A stretch of 64,000 bases of DNA from positions 310,001 to 374,000 of the forward strand of contig CAIIXF020000001.1 in NCBI GenBank assembly GCA_903813345.2. Reading direction: 5' to 3'. Shown piece by piece: positions 1-13,600 of the stretch (position 1 is the first letter of the stretch; each line of letters begins with the position of its first letter). The notes beneath the pieces are model-generated. The model had not been told where the DNA came from, did no database searches, and worked only from the letters and a program-made list of their open reading frames with translations. Both the position numbers and the translations under genes were made by a program. The DNA is from Owenia fusiformis (lineage: Eukaryota).

Positions 1-585
1 AAAGGTCTTTAATCCGGAAAAATGTGATTTCTTTTGTATTGACTATTCAAACTGTGAATTTTGCAAACTTCAACCAGGCTAACAATGACCCTGGCTCTTA
101 TTGGTTAAAATTTGTTGTTATATAGCCAATTAATTGTAACAACAAAAAGAGTTGGTTGCATTGACCTCATGAGTGTGAGTTGATGTAAGTGACTGAGTGG
201 GCTATAATTATTCTAGCTTCAGTGCACTACAGGTGACTGTCCAGTCCAGAACATTGAATTTGAATACAGCAGAATATTTGTAAGTAAGATAAGATCAATG
301 ATGTAGATAGCAACAAAAATTGATAAATTGTTTTATTCTAAAGAATGCACAGTAACAAGAGAAGGGTACATGTATTTTTACATATATATATTGTTTTTTA
401 GGGAATGAAAACTATCAAAAACTGTCAATGGTCATTTATGTCTCACTTGTTTTTGATAGCTTGCCAAGTGTACATTCTTTAAAAACAATAGAAAAATAAT
501 GCACTTTCCTTTTGATAAAACCATACATTCTTAAAAATAAACCACAGCAAATTCTATTGTGTTGCTACCCAAGTGGGATTTAATT

Positions 586-1480
586 GGGTATAGGTACTAC
601 ATTTGCCTGAACATGCCCAAACATGTCTGGGTTATGATTATTTACTTGCACATTCTTCGGGTATAGGTACTACATTTGCCTGAACATGCCCAAACATGTC
701 TGGGTTATCATTATTTACTTGCACATTCTTCGGGTATAGGTATTACATTTGCCTGAACATGCCCAAACATGTCTGGGTGATCATTATTTACTTGCACATT
801 CTTTGGGTATTACATTTGCCTGAACATGCCCAAACATGTCTGGGTTATCATTATTTACTTGCACATTCTTTGGGTATAGGTACTACATTTGCCTGAACAT
901 GCCCAAACATGTCTTGGTGATCATTATTTACTTGTACATTCTTTGGGTATTACATTTGCCTGAACATGCCCAAACATGTCTGGGTGATCGTTATTTACTT
1001 GCACATTCTTTGGGTATTACATTTGCCTGAACATGCCCAAACATGTCTGGGTTATCATTATTTACTTGCACATTCTTTGGGTATAGGTATTACATTTGCC
1101 TGAACATGCCCAAACATGTCTGGGTTATCATTATTTACTTGCACATTCTTTGGGTATAGGTACTACATTTGCCTGAACATGCCTAAACATGTCTGGGTTA
1201 TCATTATTTACTTGCACATTCTTTGGGTATAGGTACTACATTTGCCTGAACATGCCCAAACATGTCTGGGTTATCATTATTTACTTGCACATTCTTTGGG
1301 TATAGGTATTACATTTGCCTGAACATGCCCAAACATATCTAGGTGCATAATTATTTACTTGCACATTCTTTGGAAAGGTACTAAATTTACCTGAACAAAC
1401 AACATATCTGGGTGATCATTATAATTACTTGCTCATTGTTTGGGAAGTAAAGGTACTACATTTACCTGAACATGCCCCAA
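586..1480. repeat. Tandem repeat, 73/67-bp unit, about 12 copies, overlapping the donor of exon 1466-1660
   Basis: Unit GGGTATAGGTACTACATTTGCCTGAACATGCCCAAACATGTCTGGGTTATCATTATTTACTTGCACATTCTTT; period 586 to 659. Confidence 0.95.
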
Positions 1481-1660
1481 CTGTTCCAATCCAATTGTTG
1501 TTGGCCTGACAGACCACTACAGTCTCTATTAGCCCTGTCTTGAACCTGCCATTGCCATTACATCTGAACTTAGCTTGGAAACCTGTGGGGTAGTAACTCT
1601 GGGTGTTGGACAGGAATGTCCCTGAGGCCTTGGGAAGCTCAGATTGGGGACAACCAATAG
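1466..1660 (-). CDS. Exon: Sushi 1 of module 5
   Basis: IGCPQSELPK...FRCNG...VVCQANNNWIGTVGACS; AG/GT flanks; 195 bp. Confidence 0.85.
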
Positions 1661-4600
1661 CTGAAAGTGTAAGTCATTTATTTTATCATTTTCATTAATA
1701 ATGAAGGAATAGATACATTTGATTGTTATTCGAATAGAAATAGGATGAAGAATATTTACGTCAAGTATACTATACAGTGTATCAGGATAATTTTGACATA
1801 TATTCAGACTTCATTCTCAATATTGTTGAATCAACTGCAATTTGCCCTTTATTTTGGGGACTATTATGCCTTTCTAACAATGATCCTCCTCCCTCTTAAC
1901 AAGTACATGTACTTACATCTGTATGTCAGCCAGAAGCCCTTTTCAGTCTCTGCAAACAAACTATCTGTGATTGGTGCAATGCCAGTCTTAAATGTCACTG
2001 AGAATGTGTTTGACGTTGTCTCTAGTTCTAGACTCAAATCATTATTCTTGCCACAGAACACAGCATCTGAGCCATCATCACTTAAAACATTGTCAACCTT
2101 TAAGCTGTCAAGTTTGCAGTTTGCAGAGTCCCTCATTTTAAGTTCCTGGATTTGAATCCTAGCTCTCATTCCAGGTGGGATGTTCACATCAAACTTACAC
2201 ATCTCATCTTCCTCATAGTCTTCTCTTGGGTAGCCTGGACTTAGGATGTCTCCTGTACGTTCTGTATATTTGCCTCCACAGTTCGGTATAGCTGCAATAA
2301 TGTAACTTGTATTAATACAACATAAAGTCTTCTCTTGGGTAGCCTGGACTTAGGATGTCTCCTGTACGTTCTGTATATTTGCCTCCACAGTTCGGTATAG
2401 CTGCAATAATGTAACTTGTATTAATACAACATAAAGTCTTCTCTTGGGTAGCCTGGACTTAGGATGTCTCCTGTACGTTCTGTATATTTGCCTCCACAGT
2501 TCGGTATAGCTGCAATAATGTAACTTGTATTAATACAACATAAAGTCTTCTCTTGGGTAGCCTGGACTTAGGATGTCTCCTGTGCGATCTGTATATTTGC
2601 CTCCACAGTTTGGTATAGCTGCAATAATGTAACTTGTATTAATACAACATAAAGTCTTTTCTTGGGTAGCCTGGACTTAGGATGTCTCCTGTGCGTTCTG
2701 TATATTTGCCTCCACAGTTCGGTATAGCTGCAATAATGTAACTTGTATTAATACAACATAAAGTCTTTTCTTGGGTAGCCTGGACTAAGGATGTCTCCTG
2801 TACGTTTTCTATATTTGCCTCCACAGTTTGGTATAGCTGCAATAATGTAACATGTATTAATACAACATAAAGTCTTTTCTTGGGTAGCCTGGACTAAGGA
2901 TGTCTCCTGTGCGATCTGTATATTTGCCTCCACAGTTTGGTATAGCTGCAATAATGTAACTTGTATTAATACAACATAAAGTCTTCTCTGGGGTAGCCTG
3001 GACTAAGGATGTCTCCTGTGCGATCTGTATATTTGCCTCCACAGTTTGGTATAGCTGCAATAATGTAACATGTATTAATACAACATAAAGATTTCTCTTG
3101 GGTAGCCTGGACTAAGGATGTCACCTGTACGTTCTGTATATTTGCCTCCACAGTTTGGTATAGCTGCAATAATGTAACTTGTATTAATACAACATAAACT
3201 CTTCTCTGGGGTAGCCTGGACTAAGGATGTCTCCTGTACGTTCTGTATATTTGCCTCCACAGTTTGGTATAGCTGCAATAATGTAACTTGTATAAATACA
3301 ACATAAAGTCTTCTCTGTGGTAGTCTGGACTTAGGATGTCACCTGTACATTCTGTTATATTTGCCTCCACAGTTCTAGCTGCAATAATGCAACATGTATT
3401 AATAAAACATAAAGTCTTCTCTGGTGTAGCCTGGACTGAGGATGTTCCTTTGGTATATTACATAGCCACGATAACTGACTTAGATTTCTTCAGTCCAAGG
3501 ATTTTTATTGAGGCACCCCATATTTCTCTTTTTTAATTTATGAAGGTGATCTCATCATGTTGAAGGTGATAAATCATGTTTACATGCCTTACACATACCT
3601 AAAAAGTCCAGTTTGAATCCTTTGGCTGTTCCCACCTTTGCACCAGTCTCCAGCTCAACACAAATCTCTTCCACTGTGGAAAACAACTCATCTGGGAAAT
3701 CAGATGTCGGTGACGTAGAATTATAAGACCTCATTAGTACATCTGGATTGAGGAAATCATCTTCGAAACATGAATCACTATCATATATCTTGAAATAGTC
3801 ACCATCATTCAGTTCTAGTTCACTCATTGTAACTTTGGCCCTGTAGTTGTATGGGACCTCAATTGAGTGTGTGCAGCGTGTGTTGCCAGAGTTAGGGGGG
3901 TAAGCGTTGGGGTAATTGGGGGATAGGATTCTCCCCTTGAGACCTGATATGATGTAGTTGCACTTAGTGACTGTGGTAGGTGTTGTCATACCCCCTGTCA
4001 CCGGAGACACTGTTGTGAATGTTGCAGCTGTAACATAGAGAGAAATTGTCATGTATTGCAGACAGATATGTTGATAGTACCATACATTTGACATGTGATA
4101 TCTAATGATTCCATCAGTATTAAAGTCTATGCCAAAATGGATTGCATTTTTGGGTCACCAAGTTTACCTGTGCAGGCAGTGACCACTGAAGACCATGTGC
4201 CATCATCCCTACAGGTGATTGTTAGAGTTGACCGTCCATTAATGGTGAACCCAGCATCACATGTATAAGTGGCTATATTCCCGGGTCTATATCCGCGCAC
4301 AACCACTTTACCATTCTTAATTGTCTTCAAAGGTCCTGGACATTGAGCCACTGAAAGATATACAGAAATCAGTCAGGGCTTGCATTAACGGCGTCCCGTA
4401 CATGTTAAGGACTCAAAAATAATTTGGAGGACGCAAAAATTGAAAATATTTCCGTTTTTTGGACGCAAAATTTTTTTAGGTCAATACTACAATGTGTTTA
4501 CAACGATACCTAACAAAAACAAATAATTATGATCTCTCACCTTTATTTGAATCGTAAATAAGGCTCAACATGTTGAATATTTACAAATAATCATGATTCT

Positions 4601-7600
4601 CTCAAATTTTTTCGACTTTGTTTATTTTCAGATTTGAAACCATGACACCCCACAGTTTCTCCTATTCAGAAACAAATATTAGGTTATTCATGAAATAAAA
4701 AGTATTCATTGTCGAATGAACGAACATGCATTTATTCAGTCCGTACTTAATGTTTACTTCCGTTTTAAATTCGCGGCAAGAAATCAAAAACTGAAAAATA
4801 GAGGACACACTTTTTTTTTCAAAGGACACACTTTTTTTAAGAAAATTGCGTCCTTGGGACTCACAAATTTTCTAACCTAATGCAATCGCTGTCAGTGTAA
4901 TCAATGGTATCCATTTTTGGAAATTATCAATGTCATGGTTCTCATGACAACTATTTAGGTTTATAAATGAACAACAACCCATTATTTCTATACAATCTTA
5001 TTTAACTGTTATATAAATGTGAATACAAGATACAACCTGGTATATATTTTTACTTACAAGCACAAATTGGTGGTTCTCCGGTCCACTTGCCATCAGCTCC
5101 ACATGTACGAACCTTAGATCCTCTAATCACCTCACCAGGGAACTCACAAGTGTATGTAGCCTTATCACCAAATGAGTTTCCTGTTGTTGTGACATCCGTG
5201 TCAAAATTGGCATCTGGCTCAGATGGACATTTAACAGCTACAAAAGACAAACATGTGGATTTACAGTTGATGCAATGAAAGATATTGATAGGTGATGATA
5301 GATAATCCAAACATTTCATGGATGTTAGGTTGGCATTGCATCAATTTTATATATTAAAAAAGGGCATTTCATTTGACATAAAATTTCTAACATTAGGCAT
5401 TAAATGACAAAATGTCACCACCACCTAGAAAATTTAATCAATTTGAAGCAAATTGAAAAATACCTTTTAGACCTTTTTTAACCTAAAGACCTTTTAGACC
5501 TTTTTTATGTGTAGATGGTTTTGAAGAAAAAAACCTTTTTGATCATTTTTAACTTGAGGTTATTGAGGGTCAAATCTAAAATATAAAATCAGATTTGAAT
5601 TTCTGAGAAGTTGTAGATGATTTGTAAAAAGATTTGGTCAAATTGAAGTAAGTTGAAAAATACCTTTTTTACCTTGAGAAGGTCATTGAAGGTCAAATCT
5701 CAAATCTATAGTCAGATTTGAACTTCTGAGAACTTAGATTTTGAAGATCAATTGAAGATCAAATCTTAAATCAGCTTTGAACTTCTGAAAACTTATAGAT
5801 AATTTTGAAAAAAAGTTGAATACATAAGCGCAAATGCCAAAGGGAAGGGTGACTAAAAACTTCAAAAAAAAACAACAAGAAAAGCAAACTGCAAGTGCAA
5901 ATCTGTCATAAGAAAAGCAGACCCCACATATCCCAAAACCATGATCCAACGTGAAAAGAAACAATGTCCAACATCCCCCTCCCCCTCCAATCGATACTCC
6001 AATACTCATAACATCAAAAATAGTTGTAGATACTAGTGCTCATAAAAGATAAGAGTATTCAGTCTCAAATGATGTGGGAGAGATAAAATCCAGTCTCCAA
6101 ATACATAGGCAATTCAAAGGGTCAAAGAAGTCATCACAATCCATAAAACACAATAATTCACAATGGTCACCAGGAGAAAACCACGGCTGGCCCAGCTCCC
6201 CACCTCTCAACCACCAATGCCACAGCCGGGATCCACCTCAAAAGGTGCCAAGTGAAAAAACTGCCAATTGCCAATCCACTACACCACTCCCACATCCCCC
6301 AGCATCTCAAGTGGCAAAACCCGAAATTTCGAAACGAATGACCCGCACCCTTCAGCAAAGCCCAGAAAAGAAGTCAGTTTAAACAGTATTTGTTATGTTA
6401 TTGGAAGTTGTAAGAATTTGTTACAGACGCCAACCACCAATCGGTGTCACAAAAAAACGGAGACCATAACAAACTGTCACCACTTTCTGGTGGTGACATA
6501 AAAATGTAGTCAAATTGACTGACTTGACATTCAATATATATAACATTACTCTAAGTTTAAATATTCTAGAATCAAATCAATTAGTAAATGGGAGCAATAT
6601 AACTGAATTGGTCACTTACAAACACAGATAGGTGGCTCTGGTGTCCACTTTCCATTGAAGTCACACGTTCTAGTGTCTGTGCCTGACAGTATGTACCCAC
6701 TGTTGCACTTATAAATGGCGACATTGCCAAAGCCACTGCCATCAGGGCTAATTGCTCCATTTTGCAGTTGTGGGGGATTAGGGCATGTCACAGCTGAAAT
6801 GAAACCATGTTTGCGTGATTGCACAAAAAAAAGATTTAGTGTCTGGACTAAATGAAATTTATAATTGGTTAAGCAATTCTTCTAAAGATTAATCAGTGAA
6901 TGAACTATAATTTATTTTGCATCAACAAAATTAGATATTAGGGAGGTTAAGCTTGCATATAAAATCAAAACAAAAATGCCAAATGTATCAATCATGCAAT
7001 ATACATTGCATGCAATAAACGTCTTCAGTGTTTATGCTTAGATTAGAACAGGATGCAGCATATAAGATACCATTGGTAGTTCTATAGCTGTTTTTGATAC
7101 AAATTTTAAACAAGACATTGACGATGGACAGGTATTGACGCACATACAAGCTGCTTAAATGTTTCTGATCATGTTTACATTGTGCAAGCTTAACCTCTCT
7201 AATACTACATACATACACACCCGATGGGATTAATACACTTGCATTGAGATATCTACAGGTATTTTAAAGTGGAGATATCTGGGTTAAAAATTTAGAATTG
7301 AGTTGAAAAAGATTCAAATAATTTATGTTTCAAATCATTCAGACAGATTTAACCAAAATACAGCACAAAAAATATGTAATACTTACGCATGCACTTCGTT
7401 TCCTGGTCACTCCACTGGCCAGAGGACTGGCAGATTCTGCTAGAAGGTCCACTGAGGGTGAAACCAGATTTACAGGAGAATGTCAGCCTTGAGCCAGGTC
7501 CAAATTTACTGCCCATTCTAAGCCCATTAACTGGATCACCTGGGTCACCACAGCCAATACTGGGAGATACCCCTAAAAATAATAACTTGTTTTGCACAAA

Positions 7601-10600
7601 AAAGTACTGAATTATGTTAAGATGAACTCAGATGGCATCCATTAGATGTCTGAGAACTGAACAAATATTTTAGTGATGATGACGTAAGTAAAAGCAATAC
7701 CTGATGACAAAAGTAAAAGCAATACCTTAGTTAATGAATTATACAACAGTATACATTAGTAAATACAATGTTTAAAAATGAATTAGAGAAGTAAATGCAA
7801 TACTTCAGTGGTGATATTACCCGACTTGATAAAAGAATATTAAAAATTTTACAGAAGGAAAGGTAATGATTGACACAAGTAAAATATCTTAGCAATATAA
7901 ATTATACAACAGTACAAAACCCCTCAACCTTTTCTGATGACAATACATAACTTTCCTCCATATATTATAGCTGTGATCCGTGCTGACGCCGTCAGATGTC
8001 TCTATACTACTGCACTATTTAACTTTGCTCTGTTGTATATTATCATCATCAACTAAAGTATTATTTTATGTAATACCTTATGCATGGCAATTTGAGATGA
8101 ATACATGAATTGATTAATTAAAGTGAACTAATAAAAAGAAAGAAATAAGAAAAACTGTAGAACTGATTTGTAAAACATTTGTACAAGCCAAATAAAATCT
8201 GATGATGATTTTACTCACCATTACAAACAGGAGCAATCCCACTCCAACTGAGGTCTTTCTGGCAAGTCCTTATGTTTGTGCCCAGTAAGGTGCCAGAGTT
8301 ACACCTATATGTGACAGTGCCTCCAATTGCCTTGCTCTGTATTGTTGCTGTAGCTCCTGCAGGAGTAGGGGGATCTCCACATGAGGATGCTGTAGAACAC
8401 ATGGGTTTTCAATATAGAGTACTGTGTATGTTTATATTACCATTTCAAAGCAATTGCAAACTATTACTGAGTGAATAGAATATTCTATAGAGTTTGTGGA
8501 TTGGATTTATATGAGGGTTGTGAAGAAATATTGAACTAATAAGGTTTTGTTGATATTTCTGAAACAATTGATAAACTAGATCTTGTTATTGCCAAAAATA
8601 TGGGAAAACAAAATTAATACACATTAAAGTATAGCACATTTTAAAGGCCCGCTACTAAAAAAATAATGAAAGTTAAAGCAAATATTTATTGATTTGATTG
8701 GCACTTCAATTGGTAATAAGCAGGGGTGTACTTTATCCAGCACTATTTTGAGTTATATAAAAAGAGGTCACTTACCAACACATCTGTCCAGGGTGCCCCT
8801 CCAGATGGAATCTCTACATTGAAGGGTGGTCTCTACCTCTCCATTTTGAAACATAAATGAAGTCTTACAAGCATACCTTGCTATGTAACCATTTGGGTAG
8901 GCATCAGCTTTATTAAGAAGTAAACCATTTCCTAAAGTCTGGAGACCATCAGACGGACACCCAACAGCTGCAAAATAAGATGAAATATAAAATAAATCAG
9001 GTAAATAAAAATTATAGAAATTATTTTGATTTTAACTGCACAGACATTCATACATAGGTTAAGGTAGGTAATCCATGATTCACAGATAGGTTAATGATGA
9101 AAAATTAGTAATACAGTCAATAAAGATAAAAAGATAAGATGATCAAACCTACTTTCATATTTGATCCAGAATCCTTTCTCAATGATAAATGGATCATAGA
9201 TGGTGCTGAACAGCAGGGAAACCTTGTTGGTTAGACTGGTCACTGGTGATATTGATCTTTGACCACAGTATCTTACAGAGCTAGAGGATCTATTGTTTAT
9301 TCCTATAAAAATAAGATGGAGAAACTATTATAAAATGAAAAGCTGAGCAACAGAATATTCAAACAATTTGTGGAGCAATTTTGCATTCCAGCTCGTCATT
9401 CAAAATGTTCTGCCTTTTTTAAGTTTAAATAATGATACATTACAATCCAGTGAGAATGTCACAGGAAAAATATGAAGGCCATGACAATAATATGTTGACA
9501 AAACTGATCCACTTTTATGAAAATACTGAAAACACAGAGAAAGACAATGAACAAAACTAAGTGCTTGTATTGTTGTTGGATAGGTAACTAACTTGTTAAT
9601 ATAGAATCAACTTTGATGTGTGATGTTTAGCTTTGTTGTTTGTTTAGTTGCTGATGGGGCAATATGTGATTGATGTCATAGTTTTATGTGATACATCAAA
9701 TCTTCGAACCACAATCACATCATATGACGTCGTGACAGTTGCCTTGATGATTTGCCATATAAGGAAATAACGGTGGACTTTTGGTCACGTCAATGGTCAA
9801 ATCCCGTTCCATATAACGAATGCCCACTTCGTGGGGGCCTTCATAAAAACTTAAGATACCAAGACACATTTTTGTGTGAACAAACATTTCTTCATTATGT
9901 CTCGTACATTTACCTGTTATAGTGAGATGGTCATCTTCACAGTTGTCTGACAAATCTACTGCAAACTCGAGGAATGTTAGTTTGATTTGTTGGCCAGGTT
10001 TGACTGTTATAATCCAAGTACACTCTTCTAGCTTGTTGTAAGGATGGTACGGATAATTAGGACTTAGGATCTCCCCTTGAGGCTCTCGCAAGTCACCTCC
10101 ACAATTAGGGAGCGCTGAAATACATTTATCAAGTACTATAGTTTATTTATTCTTAGGACTATGATATAGATACAATTTTTTATTATTATTATTATTAATG
10201 TTTTTATTATTCTTAAATCATAGTAATTTACAAAGTACAAGTAAGCAAGACCAATCGCCATTTGGCATTACAGGTCGCTTTAACATAAATATAGTTTAGA
10301 AGCAAGTAATAATAAAACAAAAAAAGTGCATAAAACTATTGAAAAGTTTTGTTGTTAATTGCTTAGTTGCTTAGTTGTTGGGGATATTTTGGTCCAGGAG
10401 GTTTGGGCAAGTTTTAGATTCTCAATGGGTAAATGTAACATGATCTAACAAAGTTGAGCACAATGTTAAGAAGTAAGTTTTGTGAATCACGGCTAAGGGT
10501 ATTTTCATAGAGGAGATATTTGACTTGATCATTTCGGTTGGTGTAGATGTTCTCATCATAGAGAAGGTTGTTTTGTCTAAGTGCAGTAATCATGTTTGTC

Positions 10601-13600
10601 CTATCATCAGTATGGCGGGGGCAAGAAAGGAGAAAGTGCTTAGTATTTTCAGGGGATCCACATGGACACTTGTTTTCGGTTACACCAATAAAATTATGAG
10701 AGAAAAAGTGTTCTTTTAAAAAGAAATCGACACGAAGTCTGTTTAAAATCTTCTCATTTGACCTTGTTAAGTTTAGCTTGGTTGTTGGAATGAAATTTAT
10801 GTTTGGGAGAATTGTTGACCGAACAGCATTTTTAAAACTAGAGATGGTTGGTAATTCTCTTATAAGTTGGCTAAGGTTGTTCCATTGTTTTATAATATTT
10901 AAGACAGGGGCTTTAAGGAGTCTGATAGAAACATTAGTTGGAATATTGTAAGGCATAGAATGTCTCAGTAGTCTGGTGGCTGGGTTTTTATATTTGTCAA
11001 ATATGTCGCATATATATTGTGCTACATTTCTTTTGTTTATTTTGAACATTATCCGAACATTTTTTTCATTTCTCCTTTGACTAAGGGTTTTCCAGTTAAG
11101 GCATTGAAAAACTTTGGAGGTATCTGAGCCATGAAGAACACCTGCACATATTACACCTGCTTGATAGTGCAATTTGTCAAGTTTTGCTAATAGGGCTAAT
11201 GAGGCAGACCCATACAAGGCACTGCAGTAGTCAAAATTTGATGCTACATAGGAGCTATACATTGTTTCAAGGTGTTTGGATCTTACACTATTTGACAGAT
11301 ACTTGAGTGGATTAAGGAGTTTTTGAACTTTCCGTGAAAGATAGTTAATATGGTCTTCATAAGTCAAATTTTCATCAAGGATAAATCCAAGATGTTTGTG
11401 TGAAGTTTTACATGGAATGACTTCTCCGTCAAAATAAAGTGGCGTTTTTTGGAAGTTTTTGATCCGGTTTGAGTGGAATATGACTTGGGCACTTTTGGAA
11501 GGTTTGAATTTAAGGAACCATTTCTTTGACCACAGATTAATTTTATTAAGATCATTTTGAATCTGATCTGTTTGAGCATTTGATGGATGAAAAAATGAAT
11601 ATAGAGATGTATCATCAGCATATATGTATGCTTCAGAGTCTAAGTTGTCTGGGAGGTCATTTATATAGATGAGGAACATGAGGGGGCCTATTACTGAGCC
11701 TTGAGGAACACCAGAGTTTATGAAGTTGTTGTCTGAGAATTTAGAATGTTGGTCATTGATTGATACACAAACTTTTCTATTCCTCAGGTAAGAATCACAA
11801 AGATCAATTGTTTTGCCGTTAATTCCATAAGATTTCATTTTGTGTATTAAGAGCGAATGCGGGACGGTATCAAACGCAGCCGAAATGTCGAGATATACCG
11901 AGTTAATACAGTTTCCTTGTTCCATTTGATGATAAATATAGTCAGTTATTGCTAAAAGTTGAAGTTCTGTGTTGTGGCCTGGGAGAAAACCTGACTGAAA
12001 CTTGTATAAGAGGTCATTATCCATAAGGTGTTTCATGATTCTAGCATGGAGTACCTTTTCAAAAATTTTGGAGAAAGTGCTTAATAATGTTATCGGCCTA
12101 TAGTTTTCAACGAATGACCGGTCAGATTTCTTATGAATTGGAGAAATATTTCCCAACTTCCAACAGTCAGGAAATTCTGACTTTTGGAAAATAAAGTTAA
12201 AAAGCGAAGAAAGTTGGATTGATAGAGTGGCTGAGGCAATTTTCACCATTCTGTTATTTATTCCATCAAGACCGCATGCTTTGTCACGTTCAAGAGACTG
12301 TATGATTTTATTTATTTCATCAGGTGTTGTCGTAATATTGTCAATTTCTTGATTGCACCTTTTTGGAAAATTAGGAAAGACCATATCCCCATGAAGCTCA
12401 TCATGGTGATATTTGCCAGAGAAAAGGTTCATGAAAAGGTTGGCTTTTTCAGTGTCAGATGTAGCAATAGAACATGAAGTTTCACTTCTGAGACAAGGGA
12501 GACAGTCATTGAATTTTTTGGAGAGAAATGAGTTTACAATATTCCAATATTGCTTGCCCTTACATGTGGACTCATTAAGTTGTTGGACTAATTTGTCCTC
12601 ATGAGTTAATTTAGCTTCTTTAATAAGAGTCTTTACATGCTCTGCTTGATTGGCATAATTTTCAAAATGAACAGGATCATCATTTGATTTTGACTTACGA
12701 AAAAGTTTTTCTTTTTTTCTGATCTCAAGTTTGATTTTTTTGTTAATCCATGGCTGGTCATTTGCCTTGGTTATGTAAGTTTTCTGCGGAATGTTATTGG
12801 AAAAAATGTCAAAAACATCGCGAGTAAAGTTTTCAGTAGTTAAGTTCACATTTTCATTGTTATTTATGAAAATGTCGGTCAAATCGATATCGCTGATATT
12901 TGAGTTTATTTTATCTACATCTCCAAGATCATAATTCCATATTGTTTTTCTAGTCACATGTTTTTTGTCTAGTTTAAGTGGAAGAGTGGTCAAAATTGTT
13001 GAATGATCAGTGTTTCCGATAGGATCAATGACTGATATTTCTTTAACCAGAAATGCTTTGTCTGTTATTGAAAGATCTATGCAAGTTCTTGAATTTCTAG
13101 TGATTCTAGTAGGTTCCTTGACTAATTGGAAAAGGTTAAGTTCTGTAAGTATGGTATCTAATTTTGCTCCTTTTGAATCAGTTGTTCCTTCATTCCACCA
13201 CTTTTTATTTTTGCAATTAAAATCTCCATTTATGATCAAATAGTCACATTTAAATTTGGAGGCAAGTTTTAAGTTCTCTTTAAACTCTTCAAAATAAGCC
13301 GCTTCTTGGATTGCATTCATGCTAGGGGAGCGATAATGCACCCCATATAAAACAGATGTGTTTTTTAATTTAACATTTACCCACAGGCTATTTTCTGTGT
13401 TAAATTCAGGCTTTGGAATACATATGAGATCACTTTTTACATAGATCATAAGGCCTCTGCCCCCTGGATGATACATGGGGGTATGGTAATCTGGAATTGT
13501 ATATTTGTCTGAGATAGTTTTTGAATTTAAATTACCAGCCTCACAAAGACCAGCTACAGAGATGTTTCTATCCCTTATTTTTAATTTGAGAGATTCAAAC

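Noticed and set aside
2639-3278. Five 67-aa ORFs as a small gene family
   Set aside because: They are frame-shifted read-throughs of the 109-bp repeat
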